Of a stretch of 64,000 nt of DNA, positions 1 to 13,499 are shown piece by piece. Position numbers and translations under genes: made by a program. The stretch is from Carcharhinus amblyrhynchos (lineage: Eukaryota). The stretch covers positions 69,936,001 to 70,000,000 of the forward strand of contig OZ336875.1 in assembly GCA_965287045.1 (NCBI GenBank), given 5' to 3'. The notes beneath the pieces were generated by a model. The model did no database searches. It worked only from the letters and a program-made list of their open reading frames with translations, and was not told where the DNA came from. Numbering within the stretch: position 1 is the first letter of the stretch; each line of letters opens with the position of its first letter.

Positions 1-1103
1 GTCACCCCTCATCCTTCGTCTCTCCAAGGAGAAAAGGCCACGCTCACTCAACCTATCCTCAGAAAGCATGCTCCCCAATCCAGGCAACATCCTTGTAAAT
101 CTCCTGTGCACCCTTTCTATGGCTTCCACATCCTTCCTGTAATGAGGCAACCAGAACTGAGCACAGTACTCCAAGTGGGGACTGACCAGGGTCCTAAATA
201 GCTGCATTATCTCTCGACTCAAACTCAATTCCTCGATTGATGAAGGCCAGTACACCATACGCCTTCTTAACCACAGCTTCAACCTGCACAGCTGCTTTGA
301 GTGATCTTCCACACTGCCAAGAGTCCTATAATTAATATTATTATATTCTGCCATCCTATTTGACCTACCAAATTGAACCACTTCACACTTATGAGTTGAA
401 CTCCATCTGCCACTTCTCCACATAGTCTTGCATCCTATCAATGTCTCGCTGTAACTTCTGATATCCCTCCCCACTATCCACAACACCTCCAACCTTTGTG
501 TTGGCAAACTTACCAACCCATCTCTCCATTTCCTCATCCAGGTCATTTATAAAAATCACAAAGAGTAAAGGTCCCAGAACAGATCCCTGGGGCACACCAC
601 TGGTGACTGACCTCCATACAGAACATGATCCATCTATAACCACACTTTACCTTCTGTGGGTAAGCCAGTTCTGGATCCACAAAGCAATGTCCCCTTGGAT
701 CCCATGCCCCCTCAAAATTTCTCAATTAGCCTTGCATGGGGCACCTTATCAAATGCCTTGCTGAAGTCCATGTATACTACATCTACTGCTCTTCCTTCAA
801 AGTGTTTAGTCACATCCTCAAAAAATTCAATCAGGCTCATAAGGCATGATCTGCCTTTGACAAAGCCATGCTGACTATTCTTAATCAGATTATACTTCTC
901 CAAATGTTCATAAATCCTGCCTCTCAGGATCTTCGCCATCAGCTCACCAACCACTGAGGTTAGACTCACTGGTCTATAATTTCCAGGGCTATCTCTACTC
1001 CCTTTCTTGAATAAAAGGAGCAACGTTAGCAATCCTCCAGGACCTCTCTGTCTCCACTGATGATGCAAAGATCATCGCCAGCAGCCCAGCAATCTTCTGC
1101 TTC
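1..1103 (-). mobile_element. CR1 (HER1-like) LINE, decayed ORF2 reverse transcriptase fragment
   Basis: ORFs with [50 protein letters not shown]; frameshifted. Confidence 0.93.
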
Positions 1104-1407
1104 CATAGAATCGATAGAATCCGACAGTGCAGGAGGCCATTCAACCCATCGAGTCTGCACAGACCACAGTCCCACCTAGACCCTATCCCCATGCATTTAC
1201 CCTGGCTGATATTAAGGGGCAGTTTAGCACAGCCAATCCACCTAACCCGCACATCTTTGGACTGTGGGAGGAAATCAGAACACCTGGAGAAAACCTATGC
1301 AGACACGGGGAGAATGGGCAAACTCCACACAGACAGCGACCCAAGTCTGGAATCAAGCCCGCGTCCCTGGCGCTGTGAGACAGCAGTGCTGACCTTTGTG
1401 CCATCCC
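1104..1407 (-). mobile_element. HE1/V-type tRNA-derived SINE
   Basis: Reverse complement has a tRNA-like head, the V-domain GTCTGTGTGGAGTTTGC...TTCTCCCCGTGTCTGC and a CR1-like tail ending ATTCTATG. Confidence 0.88.
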
Positions 1408-1719
1408 TTTTTCCTGTCCCCTGAACATGAATCTGGTTCAAATAATTGGAGATATGCTGATAAAATTAGAACGGATCCAAACAACAGTCGCTACACTTCG
1501 CATCTAGGAGGGGATTATAAAGAAAACCATCATGCTGCAAATTTAAATAAAAGCACAAAATGTTGGAGCTAGCTCAAGCTAGTCAGCAGCTGGAAGAGAA
1601 GGGAATAAAAATTGCTGATCGCTGTTGCAAGTCTGCCATGTTCTGAGTGCTGTCTCCAAGCTTAGTGAAGTAGTAAAAATAATAAACAATACACTTCATA
1701 TACCACTTGATTTCTAACT

Positions 1720-1975
1720 CAGTGTTAGTGACAGACCAGTACCTACCAGTACTATATCCAAGTGTTACACAGTGACAGGCCTGTCCCCACCAGCATTGTC
1801 CCCAGTGTTATAGTGATGGATGGATCTGATCTCACCAGTACTGTACCCCATTATTATGAAATGACAGATCTAACCACCAGTTCTGTACCCCAGTGCTATA
1901 AAGTGACAGATCTGTCCCCACCAGTAATGTATCCCAATGTTATACAGAGAGACCTGTCCCCATCAGTACTGTAGT
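1720..1975. repeat. ~44-bp minisatellite, about 6 diverged copies (GTGACAGACCTGTCCCCACCAGTACTGTACCCCAGTGTTATACA-like)
   Basis: Recurring gtgacag...ccaccagta...cccagtgttata units are directly visible. Confidence 0.88.
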
Positions 1976-2273
1976 ACAATGGCAGTGTTGTTATACAGCT
2001 CAACATGAATTTGCAGCAGTATTTATAATCATTCTACTGCATAATTTATACAGTTCAAGTTAAGGGAGTAGGAAAATATTACGCACCCATTACATTCCAC
2101 TGAAATCCTAGTGTCAGCACAATGAAATAATAGGAAAGGAAATTTCATTAAACTCTCATCTTTAACCTGAAAGTCACTCATTGATTGGAAGCCTGATGTC
2201 AAGACATTTAACTCTGTAGGTTATCATTCCATAGATTGATTTACTAATTTCAAGGAATAGAATCCAGGTGTAC

Positions 2274-2635
2274 AGGGAAGGCAATGGCCAAGTGGTATTA
2301 TCGCTGGACTATTAATCCAGAAACTCAACTAATGTTCTGGGGACCCGCGTTCAAATCCCACCATGGCAGATGATAGAATCTGAATTCAACAAAAAGTACC
2401 TGGAATTAAGAATCTACTGATGAATAGGAAATCATTGGCCATTGTCAGAAAAATCCACCTGATTCACTAACGTCATTTAGGGAAAGAAATCTGCTGTCCT
2501 TACCTGGTCTGGCCTACATATGACTCCAGAGCCACAGCAATGCAGTTGACTCTCAACTACCCTCCCTCAACTAGGGGTGGGCAATAAATGTTGACCAGCC
2601 AATGACACCCAGCCCCATAAACTAATAAAAAAAAT
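2274..2635 (+). mobile_element. tRNA-derived SINE sharing its 3' tail with a CR1/L2-group LINE
   Basis: A/B-box-like head (tggccaagtgg, gttcaaatccc). Tail gggcaataaatg...aataaaaaaa resembles those at 12110-12158, 28870-28930 and 60890-60950. Confidence 0.8.
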
Positions 2636-2786
2636 TAATTCAGGAGATACAAGGGGCACCTGACTCATTATGAAGCTGAGTTTCTGGATACAAGGCAAGG
2701 CTATTCGTGATATTTACATCAACCATTTGCTGTTGCAATTTAGAATTCAGACTGTAATCATAAGGAAATATTCCCACAAAATTCCT

Positions 2787-4402
2787 ACATAAGAACATAA
2801 GAAATAGGAGCAGTAGGCCATCTAGCCCCTCGAGCCTGCCCCGCCATTCAATAAGATCATGGCTGATCTGTCGTGTCTCAGTTCCACATTCCCGCCCTCT
2901 CCCCATAACCCTTAATCCCCGTGCCTATCAAAAACCTATCAACCCGTGTCTTAAATATATTTAGCGAGGCAGCATCCACCACTTCAACGGGCAGAGAATT
3001 CCAGAGATTCACCACCCTTTGAGTGAAGAAGTTCCTCCTCAACTCTGTTCTAAACTGCACCCCCCCCCCCTTTATCTTGAGGCTGTGCCCTCTAGTCCTA
3101 CTGTCCTTTGAGCGGGAAGAGCCTCTCCAACTCTATCCTATCCATCCCATTCACCATCTTATATGTCTCAATGAGATCTCCCCTCATTCTTCTAAACTCT
3201 AACGAGTACAAGCCTAGTTTATTCAGCCTCTCCTCATAGTTCAACCCCCTCAACTCCGGTATCAGCCTAGTAAACCTCCTCCGCACTCCCTCCAAGGCCA
3301 AAATATCCTTGCGTAAGTGAGGCGACCAAAACTGCACACAGTACTCCAGCTGCAGCCTCACCAGTGCACTGTACAGTTGCAGCAAGACCTCCCTACTTTT
3401 ATATTCAATCCCCCTCGCTAAGAAGGCCAGCATCCCATTCGCCTTCCTGACCACCTGCTGCACCTGCAGGCTGGGTTTTTGTGACTCATGCACAAGGACC
3501 CCGAGGTCCCTCTGCACCGTCGCATGCTGCAGTTTTTCGCCATGTAAGTAATAGTCCTTCCTACCATTATTCCTACCAAAGTGGACAACTTCATACTTGC
3601 CAACATTAAATTCCAATTGCCAGTTCCTGGCCCATTCGCCCAGCCTATCTAAATCCTTCTGCAGACTTTCCACACCCCCCACACAATTTGCCGTTCCACC
3701 AATCTTGGTGTCATCAGCAAATTTCGACACCATACACTTGGTTCCCTCCTCCAGATCATCTATATAAATGGTAAATAGCTGAGGCCCCAGCACCGACCCC
3801 TGGGGCACTCCACTAATCACCAACCGCCAATCCGAATAGCACCCATTGACCCCCACTCTCTGCCTCTTATTTGACAGCTAATCCCCTATCCACGCTAACA
3901 CCCTACCCCCAACTCCATGCCCCCTGACCTTCTGTAATAACGTCTTGTGCAGCACCTTATTAAACGCCTTCTGAAAATCAAGAAACACCACATCCACCGG
4001 CTCTCCTCTATCCACCGCCCTAGACACATCCTCAAAGAACTCCAATAAATTCGTCAGACACGGCTTCCCCTTAACGAAACCGTGCTGCGTCTGCTCTATC
4101 AAACAATTCTCAAGATGCCTCGCTATTTTCTCCTTGATCACAGATTCTAACATTTTACCTACAACAGACATTAAACTAACCGGCCTATAATTCCCTGCCT
4201 TTTGCTTGCCACCCTTCTTAAACAACGGCGTAACATTAGCCGTTTTCCAATCTTCCGGCACTTCCCCAGAATCCAGCGAGGTTTGGAAAATAATCACCAA
4301 GGCATCCACTATCGCCTCCGCCATTTCTTTCAGAACCCTTGGATGCATTCCATCCGGTCCTGGGGACTTGTACACAAACAGTTCCTCCAGTCTTTCGAGC
4401 AC
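2787..4402 (-). mobile_element. Young 5'-truncated CR1 LINE (RT domain plus 3' UTR, TTCTTATG tail)
   Basis: ORFs 3878-4402 and 3098-3856 are in one frame, split by a single TAG. Motifs [25 protein letters not shown]. One frameshift near 3100. Confidence 0.95.
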
Positions 4403-4409
4403 TGCCTCT

Positions 4410-4720
4410 CTAGTAAAGTACAGTACAGAAAGAAGATATTAAGCCCATCAAATCTGCATCAACTCTCAGAGCATCTTACCTAGGTCCACCCCTGCCCTGC
4501 CTTTGTAACTGTGCATTTACTGTGCTAATCCCTCTAACTACAGGTCCTGGGACACAAAGGGTCAATTTATCATGGCCAATCAACCTAAATAACACATCGT
4601 TGGACTGTGGAAAAAACCCACACAAAGGGAGAATGTGCAAACTCCACACAGACAGTCACTCAAGGCCAAAATTAAGCCCGAGTCCCAGGAGCTGAGAGGC
4701 AGCAGTGCCACCACACCAAC
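4410..4720 (-). mobile_element. HE1/V-type SINE, diverged
   Basis: ggagaatgtgcaaactccacacagacagtcactcaagg is the reverse V-domain; head ggcagcagtgcc. Confidence 0.82.
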
Positions 4721-5322
4721 CATATTGCTGGTTAACGTCTGAACTAACAGAACACTGAATTAGGGCATTTTGGTAATATTCACCATTACTAGTTTCCCCT
4801 GTGGGATCACAATTTTCTACAGGCCAACCAGGAAACAATGATCAAAGTAGTACAGAGTTCAAGATCTTTCAGCAGTCAAGTTCTCCCATTTTCGCCCCAC
4901 CTCTTGCAGATAGTCTCTTGCTGGTTTAGAGTTCTGCAGAAGTTGTGTCTTGTACCAAAGGGCCCATTCTGTTATTGAGAGCCTAGGCACAGTCAGTCAT
5001 TTGACCACAACTGGCAATTACATCCCCACTCCACATCTGAAGCATTAACCTGGCTTTTCTCCTTCCAGATCCTAGTGAGCTGGTTGTCTTTCAATAAGCT
5101 TTTCTTAGTTTTGCATTTTGAACACTTGTTCGAACTGGAGATAGACGCATGAAGTGAAAAAAAGTTTTTTAGACTTTCTAACCCCTACCCCAACATGTGG
5201 TCCTGTTTACCAATTCCCTGCTGCATTCAGCATAATTGCCGCTTCCTAGCAGATATGCTCAGACTGAAAAAATGATCCTAGTATCAGTCTGGATTTTTAG
5301 ATTTTTCAGGACGCTTCAATAT

Positions 5323-5329
5323 ACACACA

Positions 5330-5371
<42 letters not shown>
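5323..5371. repeat. (CA)n microsatellite
   Basis: Direct observation, one interruption. Confidence 0.97.
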
Positions 5372-5372
<1 letters not shown>

Positions 5373-5782
5373 TAAACAATCTTTCCCCACACATCTCTCC
5401 AGCTCCCACCCTCAATATTTTTGAGCTGAACAAAAATATCCAAATAAAACAAACAAACATCTCTTATGTCTATATGAAACACCTTCATAATTTAAAATCT
5501 TTGCATTTGATTAGCCTCAGCCTTTTCTTTTTTGTAAGAGAAAAGCCTTTTGTGCACTCTTCCTTAATGGCTACACTGTTCAATTCTTACATTTCCCTGG
5601 GTACAACTCAATGCCCAGCTCTACATATTCTGACATGTATCAGAAGATGCCAGAGATGCATGACACTTCACTTCTCAGTTTCTCAGCATGACAGACCGGC
5701 ATCCACCAGTACTTTATACAAATGGCACACCTTTGCTGGTCAAATTTTATAGCCAGAAACACAACATTCAGCATTCTGGTGG

Positions 5783-6118
5783 AGGATGGCATGGGTGGCA
5801 CAGTGTTACCTTGCACCAAGGACCCGGGCTCATTTGACCTTGGGTGAATGTGTGGGGAGTTTGCATGTTCTCCTAGCGTCTACTTGAATTTGCTCCGGGT
5901 GCTCCAGTTTCCTCCCACAGTCAAAAGATGTGCAGGTTAGGTTGATTGGCCATGCTAAATTGCCCCTTAGTGTCCAAATATGTATAGGTTAGGGGCATTA
6001 ATGGGGTAAATACATGGGGTCATGGGGACAGGGCCTGGGTAAATTTTCTGTCAGAGTCAGTGCACTTGACAGGCCAAATAGGCTCCTTCTGCACTGCATC
6101 AATGATTCTAATGATTCT
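5783..6118 (+). mobile_element. HE1/V-type SINE
   Basis: ggtggcacagtg head, gagtttgcatgttctcc...ttcctcccacagtc...gctaaattgccccttagtgt core, tail ...ctgcactg...atgattcta. Confidence 0.88.
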
Positions 6119-6317
6119 AGCTCTATGCCAGTTCTTATGCTTCACAGGAAATGCCTACCAGCCCATTTCATCACACCGATCATATCTTTCCATCCCTTTA
6201 TCTTTCGCGTATCATCTCAATCCAATCAACCACTCCACATGGTACTGAAATCCACATTTATAATACTCATGGATAATCGAGTCATTCCTGAATTCGTCAG
6301 TGGATTTATTTGGGACT

Positions 6318-6969
6318 CATAAGAACATAAGAAATAGGAGCAGGAGTAGGCCATCTAGCCCCTCGAGCCTGCCCCGCCATTCAATAAGAGCATGGCTGAT
6401 CTGTCGTGTCTCAGTTCCACATTCCCGCCCTCTCCCCATAACCCTTAATCCCCGTGCCTATCAAAAACCTATCAACCCATGTCTTAAATATATTTAGCGA
6501 GGCAGCCTCCACCACTTCAACGGGCAGAGAATTCCAGAGATTCACCACCCTTTGAGTGAAGAAGTTCCTCCTCAACTCTGTTCTAAACCACCCCCCCCTT
6601 TTATCTTGAGACTGTGCCCTCCAGTCCTACTGTCCTTTCTGAGCGGGAAGAGCCTCTCCACCTCTATCCTATCCATCCCATTCATCATCTTATATGTCTC
6701 AATGAGATCTCCCCTCATTCTTCTAAACTCTAATGAGTACAAGCCTAGTTTATTCAGCCTCTCCTCATAGTTCAACCCCCCCAACTCCGGTATCAGCCTA
6801 GTAAACCTCCTCCGCACTCCCTCCAAGGCCAAAATATCCTTGCGTAAGTGCGGCGACCAAAACTGCACACAGTACTCCAGCTGCGGCCTCACCAGTGCTC
6901 TGTACAGTTGCAGCAAGACCTCCCTACTTTTATATTCAATCTCCCTCGCTATAAAGGCCAGCATCCCAT
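6318..6969 (-). mobile_element. Young 5'-truncated CR1 copy, nearly identical to 2787-3437
   Basis: Sequence aligns by eye with 2787-3437 with few differences. [34 protein letters not shown]. Confidence 0.95.
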
Positions 6970-7334
6970 GTTTATAGCCTCAAGTTGTGGACTCCCCCAT
7001 GGGCACTCAATTTTTTTAGAATCACTCCTAAGTTTGGAAGGACACAGTAAGAAAATGGTGCTGCTTCACACCACATTCAAGCCTAAAATTTCAACCAGAG
7101 TTAATGGTTTTACTGAGACATTACATAATGAACCCTCCTGTTACATGTTATGTACAGTAAAATTACATGAATGCGATTATAAGAATCTCCTTCATTGTCT
7201 CATAAGCTGGCAGCAAATGGTAAATACTCCTTTAAAGTTGTTAGAATAAAAAGCACAGAATTCACACACAGGAGCATGTAACATTACCAGAAAACATCTA
7301 AAATTTTCTGACAAGCCATGGCTAAGTTAAATTG

Positions 7335-7900
7335 GAATAACTTACATTTTGATCGTGCTTTTATAAGGAAACATCCCAAAATGCTTCACAGGGGGTGCTA
7401 CCAAAGAAACTGACAGCAAGCCACATAACGGCAAGCAGGCTTAGTCAGAGGTAAGTTCAAAAGAACACAAAGAAAAAGGAGGTTATTAAGAAAAATGGCA
7501 AGGTTTCAAGAGGGAATTCTCATGCTTCAGACCCAAACAGATGCAGAAAGCTACCCATGGTGGAGCAACGAAAATCAGGAATGTGCAAAAAGTCAGAACT
7601 AAAAAGAGTGCAGAGATCAGAGGGGTACAGAATTGGAATAAGTTGGAGATAGGAGTTTGAACAAAGAACAAAATCAAAGCATTGTCAGATTAGAGTCAAC
7701 ATAGGCCAGTGAGCAGTGTTGATAGGTGAATGGGACTTGCTGACAGTCAGGATACTGGCAGCTGGATTTAGGTGACCTAGAGTTTAACGTAGGGTTAAGA
7801 TGACAGGCTGACCAGTTTAGATTCGAATCAAGACCACAGTTAACAAACACGTGGGTGAAGATCTCAGCAGATAAGCTGAGGTGCAAGGTATAGCAATGGT
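7335..7900 (-). mobile_element. Old L2-like LINE 3' remnant
   Basis: aacttacatt...acatcccaaaatgcttcacag and agggaattc...cagacccaaacag resemble reverse L2 3' ends; heavily decayed. Confidence 0.5.
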
Positions 7901-9027
7901 TGAAGTAGATAACCTGAAAGACGACGATATGGAGCTATCATGGATGAGAGGTTTTTTTGGGGGGTGGGTTTAATGTTTGTCTGTGTAGGCTAAAAAAAGT
8001 TGTGTATGGGTGCTGTGTCCAGGGTTAAACAGCAGGGAGGTTACTCGAGACAGGTTGTCTGCAAGGGTATAGAGAGCTTGAGTTACAAATAAATAAGTTA
8101 GATCTAAACTTTACATTGTGAGATTGTGGGAAATTTGTTTTTTCAGCTGACAAATTTCAAGAGAGAGCAGAGTTCAGAGGTGCCAGGGGAACATGTGCAT
8201 TTTAGAAAGATACAATAAGTCATTAGGAGAAGATGTCATCTCCTATTTTGCTTCTACTTTTGGGTCAGTAAAATTTATACAAGATAAGATTGATATTAGG
8301 AGAAGTTGAGTTCAGGGAATCTTTTGAGGACTATGGAACCAGAGATGAAAGGGGAAAAGGATATTTAAGGAGGGAAATTTAACTGATTTGCTGGTTGTGG
8401 GAGACAAGCCCTGAAAACCAACTGTTACGTATGAGCTGCTCAGAATTTTTGATTTGGAGGCAGAGTGTCGAGTGAGAAGACTAATTTTGGGAAGAGAGTT
8501 TATGAATCTCCCTTTCAAAGTGTGGAAGTGTTTGAGAAATTGTACAGTATACCTTTATTAAAGTGTGAACAATCCCTTAACTTGGGTAAAACCCATGGGC
8601 ATTGTTGCCAAGTATTACTGGAATTCTGTGCTTTTGGGGTCAGCAGCTTTCTCTCTTCTTGTTTTCATAATTTAAAACAGTTGGATCATGACTGCCAACA
8701 GTCTGGTTCAGCCTTGGACAATGACTAAGGAAATGAATTTTTTGGTGAAAATCCAGGACAGCTTAATTGGTTTGCAATGGTTAATTGAAAGCAAATGAAA
8801 GGAAGACTTGCATTTATATATTGCTTGGGAGTGAGGTTTAATATTTTGATGGGGTAGGTTTGAAGGAGAGGGGGCAACACCTGGAGGGAACTAAGTACAG
8901 AAAAAGTACAAGAGAAGATGTGAGACAAACTAGAGAAAGATAATATTCGTAATTCTCTGCTCCCCTCGTCCTGAAGTTTGGCCCAGTGGGTTAGGGAGGA
9001 AGGGAGACAGAAGTAACCGATTAGATA

Positions 9028-9230
9028 GTTCTCAGAGTGGTGAATGCCTGGAATGTGCTGCTGGAGATGGTGGAAGCAGATTCTATAAACAACATTCAAG
9101 AGGCATCTGGATAAATACATGTATAGGCACAGAATAGAGGAATATGGACCACATTGAAGCAACAAAAAATTAGATTAGAGGGACATCTGTGTCAGCACAG
9201 AATTGGTGGGCCGAAGGGTCTGTTCCTGCG
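9028..9230 (+). mobile_element. CR1 3'-end fragment
   Basis: cagagtggtgaatgcctggaa...acattcaagaggcatctggat...gtgggccgaagggtctgttcctg. Confidence 0.75.
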
Positions 9231-10299
9231 GCAAAAGTAGTCAACTGGTTTTTCACATATTGTTGATGGAAAAAAATGGAAGAGATGATAAAAGGAGAGA
9301 AAAAAAGTTGGGAATATCTGTGCACTGAGGACAATTCCAAAATAATAAACAGTTTTAGTAGGCAAGGGTAGCACCCAACAGTGCTTAAAGTGGTCCCACC
9401 AGATCTGGCAATGGATGGCTAAATCCTTTGTCTACCACATCCTTTCAAGTCAATACCCTTGGACAAGGGGAGAACAGACAAGAGCTGTACCAGGGCTGAC
9501 ATCCAGGCTGAGTGAAAGTAATAGTTTTATTGGGGACTATGGCAAAGGCAGAGGTAAGGAAGAGACTGAACAAATCAGAAGCTGCAGAAATGTTATGGTG
9601 AACAGACGGCCACAGGTTAAGCAGTTGGGATTTCCCCAGGGCTAACAGGGAGAATGCGGGTGAAAGGTTAAACAAGAAAGTGATCACAGATGGACTTATC
9701 TACGACTAACAGGATGAGATCCACAAGATTATGCCTGATGGCTAGGTCAAGAGATTGGCCAAATGGAAGGCAAGCTTTCGGGAGAAGTGGACAACAAATA
9801 CAGCATGATCAGATGAAATAGAGATTGAAATCACCAAGACTGAGAAATTATTTGGTACAGAGGCCAAATGAGGAAAGCAGTGAAGCTAACTCAGTGATAA
9901 ACTGATAATTTCAAAGAACTGGTAAGAGAATTCAAACAAGACAAGATGTTCAAAGCAGAGGTTGCCAGACAAGGGGGTCAGTCCAAGATGAGACTGAATA
10001 ACAAGTTTCACATGGCTGAGACAGTCTTGAAGAATCAGGCCTGATCAGATTAGCTCAATTTTGTCAACTTAACACAAACTGACATTTTGAAACTTGAAGC
10101 CCATTCTGTGAAAGCTGAAATTAGTTGCAAGCCATTTTACTGACTGGCAGAGCAGGCTTGATAGGCCATCTGATCTAGTCCTGTTCTTAGTTCGTATATC
10201 TGTAACACCTGATTGGCTCTCTAGCCTGCAGGGATCCCCTAGAAAGTGCACTTTGGATGGTTAACATCATAAAGGACATCTTTAAAATTCAATTGGCTT

Positions 10300-10590
10300 A
10301 ATAGCACAAACTAACACTGCTGCCCGAGAGCACCAGGTACTCGGGTTTAGTTACTTAAGCCAGGAATTGTCTGCATGGAGTCTGCATATTCTTCCCATGT
10401 TTGCGTGCGTTTCCTCCAGATGCTCTGGTTTCCTCCCACAGTCCAAAAAACATGCTGGTTAGGTGCAATGGCCAGGATAAATTCTCCCTCAGTGTACCCA
10501 AACAGGCACTGCAGTATGCAACTAGAGGAATTTCACAGTAACTTCACTGCAGTGTTAATATAAGGCTCCTGTGACACTAATTAACTTTTT
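10300..10590 (+). mobile_element. V-type SINE subfamily with ...cacagtaacttcactgcagtgttaat...gtgacactaat tail
   Basis: V-domain core. Same subfamily at 13500-13765 (+) and 30623-30826 (-). Confidence 0.8.
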
Positions 10591-11879
10591 AAAAGTTAAC
10601 ACCGGAAAGACCACATTTGCCAACACCCTGTGTTGCATTGCATCAACTGTGCACCATGCAACAAGATCTTCGGTTATTTAGAATCTTATTTTATTAATAT
10701 TTACAACCAATGAAATCACATCAGTAAATCGCAACATGGAAAATTCAAGTTAATAGGAAAGGTTCAAACAATCACCGTGTCAAAAAATCAAAGTGTGTGA
10801 AGGGCTGAGCCACTCAGATCAAAAGGCATTGGGATAATCTGAACCTGACAGTAAATCAAAGTATTTCAACTGCCTGAACCAGACTTCCCACTGACTGCCT
10901 TTAGAAGTGTATACCTCAAGATTCTGAGAGTTAAGGTTTGGGGAAGAGAATGCACAGTGTTAAAATGGGGAAGGAACTTTAAACAGCAAATGCTAACAAT
11001 TTGGAACATGCTTCCATGAGGATGGTGGAGGCTGATATGATCAATAATTTCCAAAGCAAACTAGATGGGCACACGTAGGGCTATGGAAATAAAGCAGGGC
11101 AATGGGACTGACTAGATTACACAATGGAGAGCCCACATATACTTAATTGCCTGATGGTGCCTGTGACTGTGACTTATTACATGGCAGACCTGTTAAGGTG
11201 TACTCATCTGGCATCAGATACAATAATTTTGCTTTGTAAAATGCAGCTTAATTGGTTGTGACCAACTCATTCAGACTCACATGAAGGTGATAGGGCAGCT
11301 GCTGCCTTGCTTAGAGGGGCTGTGCTATGATCCGCTTACTATTAAATTCTTCTCAGCTGCAAAATCATGAGAATTTGACAGGGCAGAATGGAGATCAGAT
11401 GCCCAAGTCCAGCCACAAGAGTGAAGAATTTCTGAAATCAGCAGCTCAATGCTAGCCCCAGAATACTACACAGCCGACATTAAACAGATGCTTTAAAGGA
11501 GATTTTGGTTGGAAATGAACAATGTCATGATTGCAGAGCTCCCTGAAAACTTTGTTGTCTCCCTCCATTCTGAGAATATATCTGCACACCTGAGAAATTT
11601 AACACTGGTTTTGTTCCATTATTTTATGTTCAGGCAGTATCTGGAAATCACATTCAACCCATCAACTGGGCATTCTTTTCTTTCAGCGTTCTTCATGTCA
11701 GTGTACAAGAATCTTTAAAATAATGCTGTGATACCATCTGGAGTCATTTAGCCGGTTAGGTGGAAGCAAAGTTTCTATAAAATTAACTTCAGCTGAAAAC
11801 AGGGTAGAGAGAATTATACACCAGCGTAGAGCCTCTCTCCCTGACCAGGGGACCCCCAATCTCTGCTAAAGAATGTACC

Positions 11880-12158
11880 TGGTTTCTGTGGCCACAAGTA
11901 CACTGTAGGAACACACCAAGGGTCCTGAGGCAGTACCTTCCAATCCCATGACCATTAGCACTTAGATGGACAAGGGCAGCAGGTACAGGGAACACTACCA
12001 CCTACAAGTTCCCCTCCACGCCATGTGTAATCTTGATTTGGAAACGTATCCTTTCTTCTTCACTGTTACTGGGTCAAAATCATGGAACACCCTCCCTAAC
12101 AGCACTGTGGGCAATAAATGCTGTCCTAGCCAATGATGCCATTTCTGGAATAAAAAAG
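11880..12158 (+). mobile_element. CR1/L2-group LINE 3' fragment
   Basis: gcagcaggtacagggaacactaccacctacaagttcccctcc...ctccctaacagcactgtgg, homologous to 28660-28800. Confidence 0.75.
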
Positions 12159-12224
12159 CATCAGCCATGACCATGGTGTCTGGCATGGATGTGAACTTGA
12201 GGACAGGAAGTGGGGAAGGGGGTA

Positions 12225-13430
12225 CATAGAACAGTATAGTACAGGCCCTTCAACCCTCAATGTTGTGCCAACCTTTGTCCAAAACCAAGATCAAGCTACC
12301 CCACTCTCTATCATTCTGGTGTGCTCCATATGCCTATCCTATAACTGCTTGAAAGTTCTGAAAGTGTCTGACTCCGCTATCACAGCAGGCAGTCCATTCC
12401 ACACCCCAACCACTCTGAGTAAAGTATTACCTCAGACACCCCTCCTATCTCTCCCACCATGAACCTTATAATAATGCCCCCTTGTAACAGCAATATCCAC
12501 CCAAGGAAATAGTCTCTGAATGTCCAATCTTCACCCTCATCATCTTATAAACCTCTAATAAGTTACCCCTCATCCTCCTCCGCTCTAAAGGGAAAACTCC
12601 AGCTCCCTCAATCTTTCCTCATAAGACCTACCCTCCATACCAGGCAGCATCCTGATAATTTCCTCTGCACTCTCTCCAATACTTCCACATCCTTCTTATA
12701 GTGAGGTGACCAGAACTGCACACAATATTCCAAATGTGGTCTCACCAATTGCAGCCCATTAAGTATAGTTGCAGTATAACCCCACGGCTCTTAAACTCTA
12801 ATCCCCGGTTAATAAACGTTAACACACTATTGGCCTTCTTCATGGCTCTATCCACTTGAGTGGCAACCTTCAGAGATCTGTGGATATGAACCCCAAGATC
12901 TTTCTGTTCCTCCACATTCCTCAGAACCCTGTTGTTGATCCTACAATCCACATTCAAATTTGTCCTACCAAAATGAATCACTTATCAGGGTTAAACACCA
13001 TCTGCCATTTTTCGGCCCAGCTCTGCATCCTATCAATGTGTCTTTGCAGCCTACAACAGCCCTCCACCTCATCCACTATTCCACCAATCTTGGTGTCATC
13101 AGCAAATTTACTGATCCACCCTTAAGCCCAGTCCTCTAAGTCATTGATAAAAATTGCAAACAGCAGAGGACCCAGCACTGATCCCTGAGGTACACCTCTG
13201 GTAACTGGTCTCCATCCACCACCACCTTCTGTCTTCTAGGAGATAGCCAGTTACTTATTCAATTGGCCAAATTTCCCTCTACCCCACTTACCTCTTTACT
13301 TACTTCATGAGTCAACCTTGGGGTACTTTATCAAACACCTTACTAAAATCCATGTATACAACATCAGCTGCTCTACCTTGATCCACACACTTTGTTATCT
13401 CCTCAAAGAATTCAATCAAATTTGTGAGGG
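12225..13430 (-). mobile_element. CR1 LINE, 5'-truncated, decayed
   Basis: RT-region translation (IHFGRTN, KDLGVHIHRSLK); reverse-strand VPQGSVLGP and KFADDTK. Confidence 0.9.
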
Positions 13431-13499
13431 GTAGCTAAAGTCATGGAAGTTATCACTGTGTTCCAACTTTGGAAGAAAATTGGACATCTGAGACACATT

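Noticed and set aside
1720-1975. CRISPR-like periodic array
   Set aside because: Units are wholly repeated with no unique spacers, there are no cas genes, and the context is a vertebrate intron.
2787-4720. SINE fused 5' of a truncated CR1, resembling a template-switch chimera (similar layout at 1-1407)
   Set aside because: The SINE at 4410-4720 is much more decayed than the CR1 and no shared TSD is visible. Independent adjacent insertions are simpler.
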